Source: Mycoplasmatota bacterium
GTDB lineage: Bacteria; Bacillota_I; Bacilli_A; Izemoplasmatales; Hujiaoplasmataceae
NCBI GenBank assembly: GCA_016342455.1
Contig: JAEIOE010000003.1
Span: 6,073 to 70,072, forward strand
DNA: 64,000 nt
Direction of reading: 5' to 3'
Shown: piece after piece, positions 60,821 through 64,000 of the stretch
Layout: each line of letters begins with the position of its first letter
How positions within the stretch are numbered: the first letter of the stretch is position 1
Made by a program: the position numbers and the translations under genes
The notes under the pieces: model-generated
Seen by the model: only the letters and a program-made list of their open reading frames with translations
The model's database searches: none
Told to the model about the DNA's origin: nothing

Positions 60821-60855
60821 TAGATTAAAATAAATGAGATTTTAGTAAAAAAAAA

Positions 60856-60936
60856 GCAACCAATTAAGGTTACATTTAGTCCTTTAATGGCGACCCGGAA
60901 GGGATTCGAACCCCCGACCGACGGCTTAGGAAGCCG
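60856..60936 (-). repeat. tRNA-proximal att site (81-bp direct repeat)
   Basis: Identical to 54316-54396. Confidence 0.97.
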
Positions 60937-60964
60937 TTGCTCTATCCTGCTGAGCTACCGGGTC
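60888..60964 (-). tRNA. tRNA-Arg(CCT)
   Basis: 77 nt cloverleaf: GACCCGG/CCGGGTC acceptor stem, loop TTCCTAA, TTCGAAT, encoded CCA. Confidence 0.97.
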
Positions 60965-60973
60965 ACGCTAAAT

Positions 60974-60996
60974 AAAAAAGCCAGTTACACTGGCTT
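60974..60996 (-). terminator. Terminator between the two tRNA-Arg genes
   Basis: AAGCCAGT/ACTGGCTT plus T6 on the - strand. Confidence 0.75.
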
Positions 60997-61006
60997 AATA
61001 AACAAA

Positions 61007-61083
61007 TGGCGACCCGGAAGGGATTCGAACCCCCGACCGACGCCTTAGAAGGGCGTTGCTCTATCCTGCTGAGCTACCGGGTC
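61007..61083 (-). tRNA. tRNA-Arg(TCT)
   Basis: 77 nt cloverleaf, loop CTTCTAA, encoded CCA. Confidence 0.97.
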
Positions 61084-61093
61084 AGCACATAAT

Positions 61094-61122
61094 ATTATAA
61101 TATGTTAAAGCCAGTTTGTAAA
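61094..61122 (-). promoter_or_regulatory. Promoter of the tRNA-Arg genes
   Basis: TTTACA-17 bp-TATAAT. Confidence 0.75.
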
Positions 61123-61171
61123 GAAAAAATTACTATTTTTTTCTTTTTTTTATAATTATTTAAATGCAGTG

Positions 61172-61651
61172 CTATTTTTTGAATTTTAACTCGATTGCTT
61201 CTTTCACTATTTTAGGTACAAAAGCAGATACATCTCCGCCAAAATGAGCTAATTCTCTAACTGATGAAGAAGACAAAAATACATACTTTCCTTCTGTCAT
61301 TAAGAATACAGTATCAATATCAGCGCTAAGCGATCTATTAAAACTAGTTTGTTGGAATTCATAGTCATAATCTGTTACTGCACGCAATCCTCTAAGAATA
61401 TGGCTAGCGCCTAATTGCTTACAGTGTTCAACAGTTAAAATATTACTAGTAACTACTTCAATGTTATCATAGTCTTTTACAACTTCAGAAACTAAATCAA
61501 CTCGTTCTTTCACGGTAAATAAAGGATCTTTTTGCGGGTTAGATGATATAGACACATATAACTTATCAAAAAGTTTCGCTCCTCTTACTATAATATCTAA
61601 ATGACCAAAGGTAATTGGATCAAATGTTCCTGGATAATATCCTATTTTCAT
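61172..61651 (-). CDS. coaD: Pantetheine-phosphate adenylyltransferase
   Basis: YPGTFDPITFGHLDII, RGLRAVTDYDYE, SSSSVRE; GGAGG RBS supports ATG 61651. Confidence 0.97.
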   Translation of the reverse strand: MKIGYYPGTFDPITFGHLDIIVRGAKLFDKLYVSISSNPQKDPLFTVKERVDLVSEVVKDYDNIEVVTSNILTVEHCKQLGASHILRGLRAVTDYDYEFQQTSFNRSLSADIDTVFLMTEGKYVFLSSSSVRELAHFGGDVSAFVPKIVKEAIELKFKK

Positions 61652-61653
61652 AA

Positions 61654-62202
61654 TCATTCCTCCATTGTATAAAAACCAAATAAGGTATTGCCAAATGATT
61701 TTTCTTTATACTTAACTATATTCTCTAGTTTTTCAGGTAAAACAGTAGTCTTATTAGCTTCAAATACAATTATACCACCATCTTTAAGTAAATGTCTAGT
61801 CACAATTATTTTTAATATTTCCTCATATTCTAGTAAAGCATATGGAGGATCTACTAAGATAACATCATAGGTATTTTCTGTGGTATATAAAAACCGAAAA
61901 GCATCAAGATTTAATATCTTATAGTTTTTCTTTTCATTGAGTAGTAAGAGGTTAGCTTTTATGGTTCTACAAGCTAATAAACTGTTATCTACGAAATCAA
62001 CATATCCTGAACCTCTACTGATAGCCTCAATCCCTAAAGCGCCGCTACCGGCGAATAAATCCAGAAATGTTTCACCATCAAAATATTGTCCTATGATATT
62101 GAATAAGGCTTCTTTATTTCTATCTGTGGTAGGTCTTGTATCTTTTGTATCTACTTGATTAATTTTACGGGAACGATGTGTTCCACCCACAACTCTTAAC
62201 AT
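61654..62202 (-). CDS. rsmD: 16S rRNA m2G966 methyltransferase
   Basis: TRPTTDR.KEALFN, LDLFAGSGALGIEAISRG, DPPY. Confidence 0.95.
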   Translation of the reverse strand: MLRVVGGTHRSRKINQVDTKDTRPTTDRNKEALFNIIGQYFDGETFLDLFAGSGALGIEAISRGSGYVDFVDNSLLACRTIKANLLLLNEKKNYKILNLDAFRFLYTTENTYDVILVDPPYALLEYEEILKIIVTRHLLKDGGIIVFEANKTTVLPEKLENIVKYKEKSFGNTLFGFYTMEE

Positions 62203-62225
62203 ATGCTAATCCTTCCATATAAAAA

Positions 62226-62410
62226 TACTTAATTACTTGGAAACCACTCTGGCAGACTTCTATACAGTCTACGTGGGTATCTCATACTATATCTTTAGGA
62301 TTCCCATTTTAACTTAAATAAATAAGCTGACAGGTTTTCAACACGGATATAGCCTCAATTCCCAAAATGTTCATGGAGTCGCGGGTGAGTGATTTCCAAC
62401 TAACTAAGTA
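62226..62410 (-). ncRNA. ssrS: Probable 6S RNA (SsrS-like)
   Basis: About 185 nt between a consensus promoter and a T5 run; 24-bp terminal stem with one mismatch; internal GAACATTTTGGGA and ACCCAC plus short hairpin. Confidence 0.7.
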
Positions 62411-62417
62411 TAGTTTT

Positions 62418-62446
62418 ATTATAAAGGACAAAAGATAAAATGTCAA
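62418..62446 (-). promoter_or_regulatory. Consensus sigma70 promoter of the 6S-like RNA
   Basis: TTGACA-17 bp-TATAAT. Confidence 0.85.
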
Positions 62447-62513
62447 CCGAACTAGCCATTTTTTTAAATAAGAAATATATGGAATGTTTTGTTATAATTA
62501 TGAATTTAAAAAT

Positions 62514-62542
62514 AAAAAAAAGAGCTTGAAAATTCAAGCTCT
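62514..62542 (-). terminator. Terminator of ppdK
   Basis: AGAGCTTGAA/TTCAAGCTCT plus T-run on the - strand. Confidence 0.85.
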
Positions 62543-62552
62543 AATCATTTAT

Positions 62553-64000
62553 TTATTTTCTTGGATTCTTAATATTTGCATGTGCAGCAGCTAATCTAGC
62601 TATTGGAACTCTAAATGGTGAACATGATACGTAAGATAATCCGATTTCATGGCAGAATTCAACTGATTCAGGATCCCCACCGTGTTCTCCACAGATACCT
62701 ATTTTCATATCAGGTCTAACTAATCTACCTTGTTCAGTAGCAAGTTTCATTAATTTTCCAACACCTTTTTGGTCAACATGAGCAAATGGGTCAACTACAA
62801 AGATTTTCTTGTCGTAGTAGTCAGCTAAGAATGTTCCAGCATCATCTCTTGAGAAACCGAAAGTCATTTGAGTTAAGTCGTTAGTACCAAAACTAAAGAA
62901 TTCAGCTTCCGTTGCAATTTCGTCAGCTAATAAAGCAGCACGAGGAATTTCAATCATCGTACCTACAGAGTAGTCTAATTTAACTCCTGCTTCTTTGATA
63001 ATAGCATCAGCAGTTGCTACAACGATTTCTTTTACATATTTTAATTCTTTGATTTCTCCAACAAGAGGAATCATGATTTCAGGAACTACATTCATTCCTT
63101 CTTTATTTACTTCTAAAGCAGCTTGAATTACTGCAGTTGTTTGCATAATAGCAATTTCAGGATATGTGATTGATAAACGAACACCACGATGTCCTAACAT
63201 TGGGTTAGATTCTTTTAAACTTTCAACTGTATGTTTAAGTTCTTCGAATGTTAATCCCATTTCCTTAGCTAATTCTTTGATTTCTGCATCTTCATGAGGT
63301 AAGAATTCATGTAATGGTGGATCTAAGAATCTAATTGTAACTGGGTAACCTTTCATTGCTTTATATAAACCTACGAAATCTTCTTTTTGCATAGGAAGAA
63401 TTTTATTTAATGCTGCAGCTCTCTCTTCAGGAGTTTTAGAAACGATCATTTGTCTAAATGGTCCGATTCTTTCAGCTTCGAAGAACATATGTTCTGTTCT
63501 ACATAAACCAATACCTTCCGCACCAAAGTCATAAGCAACAGCAGCGTCTTTTGGATTGTCAGCGTTCGTTCTTACTTTTAATGCTCTGTATTTGTCAGCC
63601 CATTTCATTAATTTTGCGAAATCTCCAGAAACGGAAGCTTCAACAGTTTTAATTTTGGCACCGTATACTTTACCAGTAGATCCATCTAATGAAATATATT
63701 CACCTTCTGCAAATGAATGTCCATTAACAGAGAAAGTCTTTGTTTTTTCATTAACTTTAACATCACCAGCACCAGCTACACAGCAAGTACCCATACCACG
63801 TGCAACAACAGCAGCATGTGAAGTCATTCCACCACGGCTAGTTAATACACCAGCAGACACAGCCATACCTTCGATATCTTCAGTAGTAGTTTCTTCTCTT
63901 ACTAAGATAACAGGAAGACCGTCTTTTGACATTTCAGCAGCTCTAGCAGCAGTAAATACTACTCTACCAGTTGCAGCACCAGGAGATGCATTTAAACCTT
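62553..64000 (-). CDS. ppdK: Pyruvate phosphate dikinase (5' part outside the window)
   Basis: GGMTSHAAVVARG, GLCRTEHMF, NPMLGHRG, SFGTNDLTQ, GICGEHGGD. Confidence 0.97.
   Translation of the reverse strand, partial: GLNASPGAATGRVVFTAARAAEMSKDGLPVILVREETTTEDIEGMAVSAGVLTSRGGMTSHAAVVARGMGTCCVAGAGDVKVNEKTKTFSVNGHSFAEGEYISLDGSTGKVYGAKIKTVEASVSGDFAKLMKWADKYRALKVRTNADNPKDAAVAYDFGAEGIGLCRTEHMFFEAERIGPFRQMIVSKTPEERAAALNKILPMQKEDFVGLYKAMKGYPVTIRFLDPPLHEFLPHEDAEIKELAKEMGLTFEELKHTVESLKESNPMLGHRGVRLSITYPEIAIMQTTAVIQAALEVNKEGMNVVPEIMIPLVGEIKELKYVKEIVVATADAIIKEAGVKLDYSVGTMIEIPRAALLADEIATEAEFFSFGTNDLTQMTFGFSRDDAGTFLADYYDKKIFVVDPFAHVDQKGVGKLMKLATEQGRLVRPDMKIGICGEHGGDPESVEFCHEIGLSYVSCSPFRVPIARLAAAHANIKNPRK

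Larger units (their letters stand above)
54316..60936. mobile_element. 6540-bp tRNA-Arg-integrated genomic island, integrase-defective, defence-type cargo
   Basis: 81-bp direct repeats offset by 6540 bp; tyrosine-recombinase remnant next to the tRNA; MTase, GHKL ATPase and Abi-like cargo. Confidence 0.93.

Noticed and set aside
1-64000. CRISPR arrays, rRNA genes, IS transposases
   Set aside because: No regularly spaced repeat-spacer units, rRNA signatures or transposase ORFs were seen.

Overview
AT-rich chromosomal window, genetic code 11, most consistent with a free-living wall-less Bacilli/Mollicutes lineage (Izemoplasmatales/Acholeplasmatales-like; inferred from gene content, not a database search). 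It appears to span the replication terminus: a 28-bp dif-like Xer site at 34400-34427 sits where coding-strand bias flips from mostly + to mostly -. The left half holds two paralogous giant acidic membrane-anchored repeat proteins (2636 and 1322 aa), nucleotide-scavenging enzymes, an [FeFe]-hydrogenase with a nonsense codon at codon 5, a TPP riboswitch with thiT, CIRCE-like htpG, recU, a degenerate RNase J, rarA and nadAB. The right half holds a LytTR regulatory module with its direct-repeat site, ruvA, obgE, galK, rplU-rpmA without prp, two glycoside hydrolases, and an XRE/ABC-exporter module with a shared operator. It also holds a 6540-bp island integrated in tRNA-Arg(CCT), a probable 6S RNA, rsmD-coaD and a partial ppdK. 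The island carries an MvaI-like m4C methyltransferase, a MORC/GHKL ATPase with a HEPN-like tail, an AbiJ-NTD4-like protein, a TM protein and an integrase remnant. The best candidates for undescribed systems are the methyltransferase + MORC-HEPN pair and the giant repeat-protein pair. No CRISPR array or rRNA was seen.
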